Positions 1 to 13,152 are shown, numbered from the stretch's first letter. The stretch is DNA of 64,000 nt from Cyanophora paradoxa CCMP329 (GCA_004431415.1 QPMI01000483.1:328556-392555), one strand, 5' to 3'. Program-made: numbers and translations. Notes: a model not told the origin generated them from the sequence alone.

Positions 1-3000
1 TCCGAACACCCATGCACAGAGATCTCCAGCTCCTTCACTGAGCGAGTGGGTGGCAACTTGCGGCCAGCCTCCTCCGGAGTTACTGCTCGCTTCGGCTTTG
101 TGACAAGTGGAGCAGGAGGCGCGAAGGGGTCCTTTCGTGTTTCCTCAAAGACCTTCAGAGAAGACGCAATGGGGTGTCTCAAACGCATAGAGAAATGCAC
201 AGTGCCAAGGACAACATTCTGTCGGAACAAGGAGTGAGATTCCATCCTGAAAACCCGCAGAAAACAACACTCACCCGGTCAGAAACGCTGAGTACATTGG
301 CTGTTGCGTGCTTCTTCCCACCTGCCTCGAGCAGGTCTGACAAATTGATCTCGCTTTGGCCGATGCGTTCGAAATCAAGGCCATTGGCCTGGTGAAGCTC
401 CAGCAGCATGCGCTGGCTGGACAGGAACTGAAGGAAGAACTCGTCAACAACAACGACATACCTGCGAGTGGCATTAGAACATAAAAGTGATGCTAGCCGG
501 ATGCTCGCACTGGGAAGCAAAGCTGTAGATCGGGCTGAGGCCAGGAATAACAGGTGTGGCCTGTGTCTCATGCTCATAGAAGTCCCAAGTGAAGAATGTG
601 CTGACAGATTCATCCTCAAACACATTCCTGTCGAACATGGCATCCTCGAGGACAATCTCAACCATGTTCTCGCCCTCCTTGAGATCCGGATCAAAGTCAG
701 GCTCCCCAGCGGAAGGCTCTGAGCGACCTGCCCAAAATTCGAATGCCTCGCATTCAAGTTGGAAAGGAAAAAGAGAGAGCCACAAACCACGCTGGGCTTT
801 AGCAATGCGGTAAGCAATGTCGCGGTTCTGAATCTCCAGCTTCCGGATCCTGTCAGAGCGAGCATCGAGAAGCCGGGCCTGCTCTTCCAACTTCTTCTCA
901 TACTCCCGCCTCACCAGGTCCACCTGTAAAAACGGTGACTGTTTGCCATGACGACTTTTTACGATAGAGGCTCACCTGGTTCGTCGTGTGTTCCTTCTCC
1001 CCAGATAGATCCTTATTGATGGTCTCTTGCAGCTTGAGAAGATGCTTGTACTTTTCGAGCTCTTGAAGCAGCTCAGCATTCGCCAGACGAAGAGAGCTGA
1101 TTTCCTTGCGCATAGCGAGTGCATCATGGTCCACCTCCTGCGAAAGCACCAGGATCGAAATCGGCCAAAAGAAAAAAGCTCCGAACCCTGCTTTAAAAGC
1201 TCTAGGGTCTACGCTATAAAGGGACGGAAGAAACTCTGATTGAATTCAGCCTCCAGCGTTCTGTACCTTCTCAATGTCGAAACTGATCTTGCCCTCTCCA
1301 ACCAGTGCCAAAGCCTTTTCAAGCTGTACCAAGTCGATGCCACTGTCAGAGCTGAAGATTTGAATTCTCCTTGCGAGAGCCTCCCGTTCCTTCTGCTCCT
1401 TGTAAAGCAGCTTCTGGGCCTCCTCGCTCGTCTTCCGCAGGTTCTCATTCTCGCCTACAGTCAAATCAACGTATGTTTAAACTCGATTACATTACATGGC
1501 TCACTCGAAAGTGCTTGAATACGAGCCTCCAGGGCAGAGTTGTTATCCTTTAACTTCTTGGCAACACTCTCCTGTGTTGAAAGCTGCTGTTGCAGAGCTT
1601 GCACCGTCCTTTCATAATCCCGGAGCTACAGTAGCATAAGTCATGACTTGGATGCCAAAAAAAGGAAGAGCAAAATACCTTGTTCCTAACTTCAGTGAGC
1701 TGAGGGACCGACATCTGCTTCGTCATGAACTTCATATTTTCGTCCACAAGCTTCCGGTTCTCGTTCCTGAGGTCTTCGATGATCACTTTCAGCTGTTGGC
1801 GATTCAGCCTCTTGCGGAAAAACGTTTCTGAAAAGACAACACACGTCCTGCTGCACGCCCTCGCCTAGACGAGCAACTTCGAGGTCATGCTCCAGCTGGA
1901 GGTTTTTCCGCCTTTCCTGCACGTTTGCACGTTTTCTTAAGCAGAGCGGGCGAGCAGCCACTCAGTTCCGGAATGGACCTCTTTAAGCTGCTTGTTTAGC
2001 TCCTCATATTTGACCAGAACCTGCTCGTGATTTTCCTTCACAGCCCTGAAAGCGGCCTCCACTTGAGTGTACTGAGACTGGAGAAGGTTGAGCTTTGAGC
2101 CCTTTTCACGAAGCTCTTGTCGGAGAGATGCATATTCCACATCTTCAGAGCCGTCGATCCTGAGCGAAAAGCTGAGTTTGAGATCAATGAAGAAATCGCG
2201 TCAAGACGTACTGGCCCGGCCTGGCCCGAAGCACAGTGTTCTCGGATCGCAGTTTGGAGAGCTCTCCTTCTGCCTCGACCAGCCGCTGCCGGAGCATGCC
2301 AACAAGGACGTTCCTATTTTGTGAGGCATCAGATTAAATTTTGAGAACCAAGCGGGAAAGCATCAGCGAACAGTTTGTCGTCCGTGGGCAACGGATTCGA
2401 AGACCTGAGTCGTGGATTTTCAGCAATCGAAACCTCGACAAGGGTTGCGAACGCACGAAGCATGCTCCTCGATATGCGACTGATTTATGTCATTAACAGA
2501 GCGTGAAGTCTTAGGGGCCGCCTGGCCCTCCGATATCTGGTGGATGAGCGAGCCCACGCTGCATGGCCGTCATTGAAGCCTTTCGAGTCCCACGGGATTG
2601 TGGTGCGCACTCTGCGTAGCCTCCTCCGGACCGCAGCACGAGCTGCCGACGGGCAGGGACCTTGGGCTGCACATTTGCGTACCGCGAAGACTTCGTTTTC
2701 GCGGACTGGGCTGCCAGTAGCTGCGCTTCCCCTGAGCTCAGACGATACGTTCCGACACATGCGCTTCACCTTGATAGCCATTTTGTCTTTCTGCTTCTTG
2801 GCGGCCGCGAGCTGCTGACGTAGCTCGTCGATGAGAGCTGGAACCGCGTCAGAACACGGCCCAGATGCGGCGGCGGGTTTCCGCACCCTCAGCTTCTATC
2901 TCCTTACGTCCCCGCGCGCTGGCAGGAGCGCCCTTAGGCGCGTTCTCCTTGTCGCGCTTCGACACGTCCGCCGTGATGCGGATCAGCTGCTTGCGGGGTT

Positions 3001-3147
3001 AGCTAACGAGCATACGCCGACGCGGATGCTTACCTGAGTGGCCATGCGCTTTGTCTTGCTCTCTAGGTCTGTGTTGGCACGCTTAAGCTGCTCATTCTCC
3101 TCGCGGATGCGCTCCAGCCTATCCGCTAGCTCGGCTTCGTTGACCAT
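1..3147 (-). CDS. RPGRIP1L: RPGRIP1L/fantom (MKS5)-like ciliary transition-zone protein; multi-exon, 3' end lies outside the window
   Basis: Starts MVNEAELADRLERIREENEQLKR. Many coiled-coil exons follow, then an RPGRIP1-type first C2 domain (GENMVEIVLEDA...STFFTWDFYEHETQATPVIPGLSPIYSFASQ / YVVVVDEFFLQFLSSQRMLLELHQANG). Confidence 0.8.
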
Positions 3148-3669
3148 GGCTGCGGGGCTGCTCTGAGTGTTGCGTTGAGATGTGACCACTTTGAATAGCA
3201 AGCTGACACTCCCCCGGCTCAGCTGGGCTGGATCTCACAGCTCGCGCCACTAGGTCGCGCCGTTCAGAAGGAGCCTCTCCACGCTGGCTCGCTCTTGAAT
3301 GAGCTTACCCTGCTGTCAGCGCACCGCACTGTGCGCTATCGTATCCCGCAGGCCTGCGGGTGGAAGCGGCCGGCCTGTTCAAACAAAGGTCATGTACCCC
3401 TCGAAAAACCGCCCCCACCGCCGATTCCGGGTTCTGCTCCCGCAGCGCTAGCGCGCGCTACGTGCCCCGGTGATGAATTCGAAGTTACCTGCTTGCTGCG
3501 CTTCTAGATCTCGCTCCCGGGCGCTGCGACGTGTCAATTTCGCGCTAACACCCGCACCGCATTTGCGCCAGGCGCCAGACTCAGAGACACTGTGACCTTT
3601 GAAACATAATGCAAACACGCGCGCAAAGGAAGAGGCAAGTTTCCTAATCTAGAGTGTTAGGGCTGGTGC

Positions 3670-6600
3670 GCCCGCTGGCCTAGCAGCCGTAGGAGATGGT
3701 GAAGACGGAGGAGTAGAGGTTGGGCCCGGAGCGGCCGCCGCAGGTGGTGGAGGCGGTGGTGAGGCCGCAGGGCCAGTCGCAGCTGGTGGCGTTGGCGGCC
3801 CAGGTGAAGGTGTCGGAGAGCTGGTAGGCGATCTGGTTGAGGGAAATGTGGAAGCGGGCGACGCCGCGCTGGCGGGCCGCCTGCGCCGCGAACTGCAGCG
3901 CCTCCATGCGCGAGCCCGAGGGGTCCGAGTAGAGGGCGTCCCCCACCGAGGCCTTCACCGCGTCCGCGAAGGGGACGCAGCCCGAGTAGGTGGCGTTGGC
4001 GCAGAGGCCGGCGAGCGCCCCGGACCACGAGCTCGAGGGGGCGATCGCCCCGAACGCCGGGCCCAGGTCCTCCTTCACCGACAGCGTCGTGTTCGAGAAG
4101 GTGTGCAGCTCGCACCCGTACGCGTTCGGGTCCTCGGCGGGCGCAGGCTGCAGGCCGTGCGGTTGAAGGAGCACGGGATGAAGGCGCCGGCGGCGGCGTC
4201 AAAGGCGCAGGAGACGTCGGACCAGAGGCTCGAGTAGACGCCCGAGGAGTAGGACTGGCAGCGGAGGAGGGCGAGGGTGTAGGGTACGGGTTGTAGCTGT
4301 AGTTGCCGATCGCCTGGTCGATGGTGTCGCGCAGGAGGAGGCCGCCCTCGGAGGCGGACTGCTCCGTCTGCCAGCGGTACGGGCAGACCTCGCCGGCGAG
4401 TGTTTTGTAAAGAGAGTAGCCGACGGAGACGCCGGTCGTCGCCGAGTCGACGGCGACGTCGACGTTGATGGAGCCGGAGGTGAGGGGCGAGAGGTCCGGC
4501 ACGACCACCACGATGCGCGTCCGGTTCACCGAGATGACCACCGCTTCGAGCACGTCGAGCACCGGGATGTTGCCGATGTTCACCGTCCGGATGTCTGCCA
4601 CGCCGCCCGTCGTCATGTTGTTCCCGTAGAGGGTCACCACGTTGCCGCCCCGCAGCGGGCCCTCCTTCGGCACCACCGAGTCGATGTAGTACGAAACGGC
4701 CTGGTCGTAGAAGGCCTTGAAGCCCGTGTCGGTGCCGGCCTTGGTCGTTTGGGCCCCCGTCACCAGGCGGATGTACATTTTCGGGGACGAGCTCGTCACA
4801 CGGATCGGCAGCACCGTGTACTGCGGGTTCGGCAGCTGCACCAGCTGCAACGCCGACGGGCTGTCGCCGTCGTAGATCTGCATGCAGGCCGCTCGCACCG
4901 TGGGTGCGTGGGGGCGCGGGGCGCGGGGCGGACCGTGAGGGTGCTGCCATCGGCGAGGTCGAGCTTCTCGAGGACGAGCTGGACGCGGAGGACCGTCTGC
5001 ACGTCCGTCGGCACGATCTTGAAGTCGCACTGCGAGTACATGCCGTAGTCGTAGCTCCCGGAGCCGTCCTCGAAGTTCGTGCGCTTCGAGTCCGTGAAGA
5101 CGACGGGGACGCCCCGCTGGCAGAAGCCCGTCGAGTAGCCGAGCTGGAAGCCGGCGCCCTCGTCCGCCGCGTCCGACGTGAAGACGAACGTCAGCGCGCT
5201 CGCCGAGATGATCGCCTCGTAGCTCTGCAGCGAGACGCCGGGGCCGGCAGCGCCGCGAGGCCCGTCGCGACGGCGCCGAGGCCGGTCCCTGCAGGGAGGC
5301 GACGCGGGTCGTCGCGGAGCCGACGAGCGCGGTCGAGTAGATGTCGAGGAAGTCGCCCGAGGAGAGGAAGAAGGAGCCGTTCCGCACGTCCAGGTAGTGG
5401 AACGAAATGTAGAACTGCTTCGCCGCCGCCGCCACCGGCGCCAGCACCCACGTACAGTACGAGTTGCTCCCGTACTGGCCCGTTGGCGTCGGCACGGTCG
5501 CCCCGGAGCCGGCCGCGTCTGCGCCCGGGCCGCGTTGGCCGGCGCCCTCGGGCCCCCCGCCGCCGGCCGCCGGCCGCGCACCGTTCAGGAGGTTGTGGCC
5601 GCGGGAGGCGAGCAGGTCGATGGCGACGGTGCCGGCGCAGCGCGCGCCCACGCGCGGCAGGTACGTGAAGCCCGAGGCCAGCCGCGCAGCGCCGAACCGC
5701 GTGCTTGTTACCACCACATCCACGACCTGCGCCGCCCGTCGGCAGGGAGCTGGCCCGAGGGGCGCCCGGGCGTCCGGGAGCGCACGCCGGGAGGCAGGTT
5801 GATGGTGGTGGCGTTGCCGGTGCGGGCGACGATGACGGTCGTCGAGAAAGAGTCGACGGAGAGGACGGGCACGCCGCCGAAGGTGACCGTGAGCAGATCC
5901 GCCAGGTCCGCCGCCAGGTTCGTGCCCGTGATCGTCACCGTGTAGTTCCCGTGAAGCGGGCCCCGCGTCGGCTCGACGCGCGTGATTGTCGGGCCCACGT
6001 TGACGGTGAAGACGTTGTTCACCGAGCGGACCAGCCCGTACGAACTCGAGACGAGCAGCACTGCGCCCTGGCCCGCGCCCCGAAGTTCGTCGCATCTCCC
6101 GTCGTCGCGACGACCTCTGTCGGGCCCGCCCTGCCAACCGCTCGGCCAGCGCGGCGCGCGGGCGGCGGGCCGGGCGCACGAGATGATGGTCGCGGGTACG
6201 TTCTTGATGGTCAAAAGCTCGACGTCGGCGAGATTCAAGGCCATCTGAACACCCGTCAGCGTCACCCTGCGTCCTCCCGCCAACGGCCCGTCCGCCGGGG
6301 AGATGCCGGTGATCGAGCTCGACGTCAGGTCTGCGGACGGGGTGTCACGAGCCTGCCCCTGGCTGCGCACCCAGAGCCGCCCTCCGCGCACGGCAGCTGA
6401 CAGTCGTGTACTGGATGGCGTAATCGATACTGCTCCCCGAATTTTCAAGCAGCATCTGCAGCCCCGCGTCACTAGCTGCCGCGCCCCGAACCGTTTGCCG
6501 CTGCGGCGGCGTACATGGAATTCGGAGGCCGCGGTGCCGGTACACTGCTTCTCCGCCACGAGCAGCATCGACATGGCGCCCGTGCCGGTCACTAGTTCAT

Positions 6601-7289
6601 CGTAGGAACCCACTCTGCGCTGGGTCAGGAAGCGCGGAAGTACGCGACGGGTAGCACGCGTACGACGTCGACGGCAAACTGCCCCACTTGCCGTAGAGCT
6701 TCACGTTCGAGCTGAGGCCCGTTCCTAGGGGGGCGGTGGAAGACAGCTGGACCAGCACGACGGATCCTGCAGGTTACCAGCATTGAGACAAACAGCGCAC
6801 GCGGGAAGCACGGGCGCACCAACAGGGATTGACGCGGTTACAAAGGCTGCAGACCCTGTTCCGAGACTGCTACCTGACTGTGTGGCTGGAGCCAAGGTTA
6901 TCGCTGCAGTACGAATGTGAGTGTACGCCGCCCGTGCGAGAGCATACGCGGACCAGCACAGGAGGAGCAAAAGATGCTCAACGAAGCCGCCAGCAGAGCC
7001 GCCCGCAGGAGGCGCTGCCTGCCAGCTCGGCACCGCCCCATCGGCGCCCCGCTGTAGCTGGACGGGGACGTCCGCCCACTAAGAAACGATCCAAAGGCGC
7101 TTGATACTCCGGAGTGCACGCTCGCTCCGCCCAGACACGTGGCCGGGACCCTCCTCGAGCAAACGCGAGCTACGGTTCGATGATCCGCGATAAGGCTCAG
7201 CACCGCAAGAAGGACTTCACCAAGAGTCCAGGTGTGCTGCCTTGCTGGGCTGGCTCCGAAACTGGAGGGCGGCCGGGGTACAATAGCCC
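3670..7289 (-). repeat. Left arm of a ~3.6-kb inverted duplication
   Basis: Reverse complement of 9171-12805 with only scattered SNPs and small indels. ORF translations are near-identical in both arms. Confidence 0.95.
3680..7041 (-). CDS. Secreted IPT/TIG + CUB domain protein, copy A (two apparent 1-bp deletions: pseudogene or sequence error)
   Basis: Signal peptide MGRCRAGRQRLLRAALLAASLSIFCSSCA; same exons as copy B. Single-base losses in short homopolymers near 4283 and 4132 break the last exon relative to copy B. Confidence 0.75.
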
Positions 7290-7494
7290 CGCCGTAATTT
7301 CAAGACCTAGACCGTCGGACCTACGTACAGCTCGAGAAGTAGAACTACCTAGGCCTATAGCTAGAGATATCGATTAGAGCTAGAATACTAATGCATGTGC
7401 ATGTCCTCGTTACGCTCATCACAAGTTTAATGATGATTGCAAAAAAAAAAACTGCTTCTATTCTAAGAAACAAAAGGTAGGACGGCTTCATAAA

Positions 7495-9054
7495 CTAAGA
7501 TACACGATAATCAGGTCGAAATTGGAGGCCAATGCAGATACACGTTGCATTTCCAAAAAAACCAAATTCCCTGAGCTCCCCAACCAGCTCCACAGCAGCT
7601 GAATACGAGTCGAACTTCGAGCACTGCATCTGACAGTTATAATAAAAGAACTGTACCATATCGTGAGGTAATTTGTTTCGCACCCGCGTGCCGTGCTCCT
7701 GTGTTCCTGGTACAGGCTGGGTGGTGGAGGCAATGCGTTTAGCAAGATAGTTGGCGTCGTCATTGCGACGGAACTTGAAGAATTCTGGTGAGAGAGGTGT
7801 TAGTTCATCCTAAAATGAGGCCCAAGTACTCAAGAGGAGAGACCTCGTGTTGCAACCATCAGAAATTGGTGTCCCTCATGCAGGCTGATGCATGAGAGTT
7901 CAGGCTCCTGTTCAGTTGTCAGAGCGCCAGGGATATGAAAGAGATCCATAATCGCTTGTGACAAGATGTGCACGCTCACACAGACTACTCCACTCTGCTT
8001 CAGAAGGAGGTTTCCAATCGTCCGGCTAAGCACAAGTCCACAATAATATGGGGCTGTAATAAATTAGTTCAATCAATCGACACTCAACGAGCTGGGACTT
8101 GCAGACCGGTTGCAAAGACGTAATTGTCGTTGCATTGTCCACCACTTCTCTCGATTCTACTCCTCTCATCATCACGATCCGGAAGAACATGTGACTGAGC
8201 GACGAAGTTCCCCTTCACGTCACTTTGATGCTCGACGCACGCATCATTTTTTCCCTCAATGCCTAGCAGCGCTCTTGAGCCTCCAACATTTGCAACGAAG
8301 ACTTGATGTCCTCGGAATACCAGCAGCAAAGCTGGACTGGTGTCAAACTCTTGGCTTGTCACAATTCTATTATGAATTTACAGAATTCGAAACACCACTC
8401 ACCGGACGTCCCACTGTTGTCCAGGCTACCAGAAGGCATACTCTGAATGAGTTGCTCTTCAACCTTTGCATATGCTGAGACAATCGCGCCACTTGGATCA
8501 TCGGCCTCCCAGAATAATTTAGAGTTCAGCAAAATCTGTGGAAGATGTTGAGCAACGAAATCCGCAATCTCGGATCCGTTGTCTGTAGGGCGCAATTGTC
8601 TCAGACAGATCCAAAACACCCTCAAACATTAGCAGCGTACCTCCGTGTCCGTGGCACAGCACGACCATTCCAGGCCCAGCCAAAACAGCGGTGCTGTCTC
8701 TATTCGTACTCATAGATCCCTTGTCGCTGCAAACGCCGATCTGCAGCCTGGGCCTTTCGCGGAACATTCGCCGAAAGCTCCCTCCGAAAAACAGGCTGTG
8801 CCTGTCAACCTCGTTGGGACCAGAGCCCCACTCAGCGCAGCAGCGCTCCATCCAGAGCGCCTCGTCGCTTGCGAGGAGGCGCCACGAGCAGCACACACCG
8901 GCGGCGCGCGCGAGCGACCTTTCGTTTTCGCGGCTTGTCAGTGCAAGACTCTCGTCGCATCCACCGCAGGGACAGCGTACCGCGCATCCAGGTTGCGGAA
9001 TATCTTAAGCCAGAGAGGATCAGGGAGAGCGTATGCATGGCCCGCCATCGACAT
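7495..9054 (-). CDS. F-box + PP2C-fold pseudophosphatase
   Basis: Spliced F-box LPDPLWLKIFRNLDARSLARAAGVCCSWRLLASDEALW. PP2C motifs follow in order: CHGHG, NSGTS, FVANVGGSRALL, ERSRIERSGG, LSRTIGN, FLMVATR, GNATCICIGL. Confidence 0.85.
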
Positions 9055-9170
9055 GGGCGGCTGCTCTCCGGCCGCGCGCTCTCAAACGAGGCGGAAGAAG
9101 CGTGTGCAAACCGCCCGAAGTATTCTTTTGCTGCGTACGTTCGTGCCACCAGCCAGCGCCACAGCCAGCC

Positions 9171-12100
9171 GGGCTATTGTACCCCCGGCCGCCCTCCAGA
9201 CTCCAGTTTCGGAGCCAGCCCAGCAAGGCAGCACACCTGGACTCTTGGTGAAGTCCTTCTTGCGGTGCTGAGCCTTATCGCGGATCATCGAACCGTAGCT
9301 CGCGTTTGCTCGAGGAGGGTCCCGGCCACGTGTCTGGGCGGAGCGAGCGTGCACTCCGGAGTATCAAGCGCCTTTGGATCGTTTCTTAGTGGGCGGACGT
9401 CCCCGTCCAGCTACAGCGGGGCGCCGATGGGGCGGTGCCGAGCTGGCGGGCAGCGCCTCCTGCGGGCGGCTCTGCTGGCGGCTTCGTTGAGCATCTTTTG
9501 CTCCTCCTGTGCTGGTCCGCGTATGCTCTTGCACGGGCGGCGTACACTCACATTCGTACTGCAGCGATAACCTTGGCTCCAGCCACACAGTCGGGTAGCA
9601 GTCTCGGAACAGGGTCTGCAGCCTTTGTAACCGCGTCAATCCCTGTTGGTGCGCCCGTGCTTCCCGCGTGCGCTGTTTGTCTCAATGCTGGTAACCTGCA
9701 GGATCCGTCGTGCTGGTCCAGCTGTCTTCCACCGCCCCCCTAGGAACGGGCCTCAGCTCGAACGTGAAGCTCTACGGCAAGTGGGGCAGTTTGCCGTCGA
9801 CGTCGTACGCGTGCCACCCGTCGCGTACTGCCGCGCTTCCTGACCCAGCGCAGAGTGGGTTCCTACGATGAACTAGTGACCGGCACGGGCGCCATGTCGA
9901 TGCTGCTCGTGGCGGAGAAGCAGTGTACCGGCACCGCGGCCTCCGAATTCCATGTACGCCGCCGCAGCGGCAAACGGTTCGGGGCGCGGCAGCTAGTGAC
10001 GCGGGGCTGCAGATGCTGCTTGAAAATTCGGGGAGCAGTATCGATTACGCCATCCAGTACACGACTGTCAGCTGCCGTGCGCGGAGGGCGGCTCTGGGTG
10101 CGCAGCCAGGGGCAGGCTCGTGACACCCCGTCCGCAGACCTGACGTCGAGCTCGATCACCGGCATCTCCCCGGCGGACGGGCCGTTGGCGGGAGGACGCA
10201 GGGTGACGCTGACGGGTGTTCAGATGGCCTTGAATCTCGCCGACGTCGAGCTTTTGACCATCAAGAACGTACCCGCGACCATCATCTCGTGCGCCCGGCC
10301 CGCCGCCCGCGCGCCGCGCTGGCCGAGCGGTTGGCAGGGCGGGCCCGACAGAGGTCGTCGCGACGACGGGAGATGCGACGAACTTCGGGGGCGCGGGCCA
10401 GGGCGCAGTGCTGCTCGTCTCGAGTTCGTACGGGCTGGTCCGCTCGGTGAACAACGTCTTCACCGTCAACGTGGGCCCGACAATCACGCGCGTCGAGCCG
10501 ACGCGGGGCCCGCTTCACGGGAACTACACGGTGACGATCACGGGCACGAACCTGGCGGCGGACCTGGCGGATCTGCTCACGGTCACCTTCGGCGGCGTGC
10601 CCGTCCTCTCCGTCGACTCTTTCTCGACGACCGTCATCGTCGCCCGCACCGGCAACGCCACCACCATCAACCTGCCTCCCGGCGTGCGCTCCCGGACGCC
10701 CGGGCGCCCCTCGGGCCAGCTCCCTGCCGACGGGCGGCGCAGGTCGTGGATGTGGTGGTAACAAGCACGCGGTTCGGCGCTGCGCGGCTGGCCTCGGGCT
10801 TCACGTACCTGCCGCGCGTGGGCGCGCGCTGCGCCGGCACCGTCGCCATCGACCTGCTCGCCTCCCGCGGCCACAACCTCCTGAACGGTGCGCGGCCGGC
10901 GGCCGGCGGCGGGGGGCCCGAGGGGCGCCGGCCAACGCGGCCCGGGGCGCAGACGCGGCCGGCTCCGGGGCGACCGTGCCGACGCCAACGGGCCAGTACG
11001 GGAGCAACTCGTACTGTACGTGGGTGCTGGCGCCGGTGGCGGCGGCGGCGAAGCAGTTCTACATTTCGTTCCACTACCTGGACGTGCGGAACGGCTCCTT
11101 CTTCCTCTCCTCGGGCGACTTCCTCGACATCTACTCGACCGCGCTCGTCGGCTCCGCGACGACCCGCGTCGCCTCCCTGCAGGGGACCGGCCTCGGCGCC
11201 GTCGCGACGGGCCTCGCGGCGCTGCCGGCCCCCGGCGTCTCGCTGCAGAGCTACGAGGCGATCATCTCGGCGAGCGCGCTGACGTTCGTCTTCACGTCGG
11301 ACGCGGCGGACGAGGGCGCCGGCTTCCAGCTCGGCTACTCGACGGGCTTCTGCCAGCGGGGCGTCCCCGTCGTCTTCACGGACTCGAAGCGCACGAACTT
11401 CGAGGACGGCTCCGGGAGCTACGACTACGGCATGTACTCGCAGTGCGACTTCAAGATCGTGCCGACGGACGTGCAGACGGTCCTCCGCGTCCAGCTCGTC
11501 CTCGAGAAGCTCGACCTCGCCGATGGCAGCACCCTCACGGTCCGCCCCGCGCCCCGCGCCCCCACGCACCCACGGTGCGAGCGGCCTGCATGCAGATCTA
11601 CGACGGCGACAGCCCGTCGGCGTTGCAGCTGGTGCAGCTGCCGAACCCGCAGTACACGGTGCTGCCGATCCGTGTGACGAGCTCGTCCCCGAAAATGTAC
11701 ATCCGCCTGGTGACGGGGGCCCAAACGACCAAGGCCGGCACCGACACGGGCTTCAAGGCCTTCTACGACCAGGCCGTTTCGTACTACATCGACTCGGTGG
11801 TGCCGAAGGAGGGCCCGCTGCGGGGCGGCAACGTGGTGACCCTCTACGGGAACAACATGACGACGGGCGGCGTGGCAGACATCCGGACGGTGAACATCGG
11901 CAACATCCCGGTGCTCGACGTGCTCGAAGCGGTGGTCATCTCGGTGAACCGGACGCGCATCGTGGTGGTCGTGCCGGACCTCTCGCCCCTCACCTCCGGC
12001 TCCATCAACGTCGACGTCGCCGTCGACTCGGCGACGACCGGCGTCTCCGTCGGCTACTCTCTTTACAAAACACTCGCCGGCGAGGTCTGCCCGTACCGCT

Positions 12101-12805
12101 GGCAGACGGAGCAGTCCGCCTCCGAGGGCGGCCTCCTCCTGCGCGACACCATCGACCAGGCGATCGGCAACTACAGCTACAACCCGTACCCCTACACCCT
12201 CGCCCTCCTCCGCTGCCAGTCCTACTCCTCGGGCGTCTACTCGAGCCTCTGGTCCGACGTCTCCTGCGCCTTTGACGCCGCCGCCGGCGCCTTCATCCCG
12301 TGCTCCTTCAACCGCACGGCCTGCAGCCTGCGCCCGCCGAGGGACCCGAACGCGTACGGGTGCGAGCTGCACACCTTCTCGAACACGACGCTGTCGGTGA
12401 AGGAGGACCTGGGCCCGGCGTTCGGGGCGATCGCCCCCTCGAGCTCGTGGTCCGGGGCGCTCGCCGGCCTCTGCGCCAACGCCACCTACTCGGGCTGCGT
12501 CCCCTTCGCGGACGCGGTGAAGGCCTCGGTGGGGGACGCCCTCTACTCGGACCCCTCGGGCTCGCGCATGGAGGCGCTGCAGTTCGCGGCGCAGGCGGCC
12601 CGCCAGCGCGGCGTCGCCCGCTTCCACATCTCCCTCAACCAGATCGCCTACCAGCTCTCCGACACCTTCACCTGGGCCGCCAACGCCACCAGCTGCGACT
12701 GGCCCTGCGGCCTCACCACCGCCTCAACCACCTGCGGCGGCCGCTCCGGGCCCAACCTCTACTCCTCCGTCTTCACCATCTCCTACGGCTGCTAGGCCAG
12801 CGGGC
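9171..12805 (+). repeat. Right arm of the inverted duplication
   Basis: Begins gggctattgtacc (mirror of 7289) and ends 10 bp after the stop codon. Confidence 0.95.
9427..12795 (+). CDS. Secreted IPT/TIG + CUB domain protein, copy B (SP-IPT-IPT-CUB-CUB-IPT-Cys-rich)
   Basis: IPT: ITGISPADGPLAGGRRVTLTG, ITRVEPTRGPLHGNYTVTITGTNL, IDSVVPKEGPLRGGNVVTLYG. CUB: YGSNSYCTWVL...ISFHYLDV...DFLDIY and YGMYSQCDFKI...IYDGDS...GFKAFY. No TM helix seen. Confidence 0.85.
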
Positions 12806-12933
12806 CCCCCGGCATGCCTCTCCGACACGAGCGCCTCATCTGCAGGGGCGCCATTGTGCTTGATTGTAGACAGCATCCCATACGTTTTCCTCGAGCGCGC
12901 GCCGCAGTTCAGTACGTCCCTGCCCAGATGCTA

Positions 12934-13152
12934 GTGCAGGCCCGCTGCTGGTTCGATCGCTCCAGAATGATGTACAGAATTCGAAACGTTGAAACCGCCG
13001 ACGTCGATTGTCTTTGACGATGCATATGCTGGTGCAGGCCCGCTGCTGGTTCGCTGCAGGCCCGCTGCTCTCAGGCTCTAGAATGATGTACAGAATTCGA
13101 AACGTTGAAACCGCCGACGTCGATTGTCTTTGACGATGCATATGCTGGTGCA
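12934..13152. repeat. Imperfect ~115-bp tandem duplication
   Basis: agaatgatgtacagaattcgaaacgttgaaaccgccgacgtcgattgtctttgacgatgcatatgctggtgca at 12964 and 13080; gcaggcccgctgct occurs three times. Confidence 0.9.
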
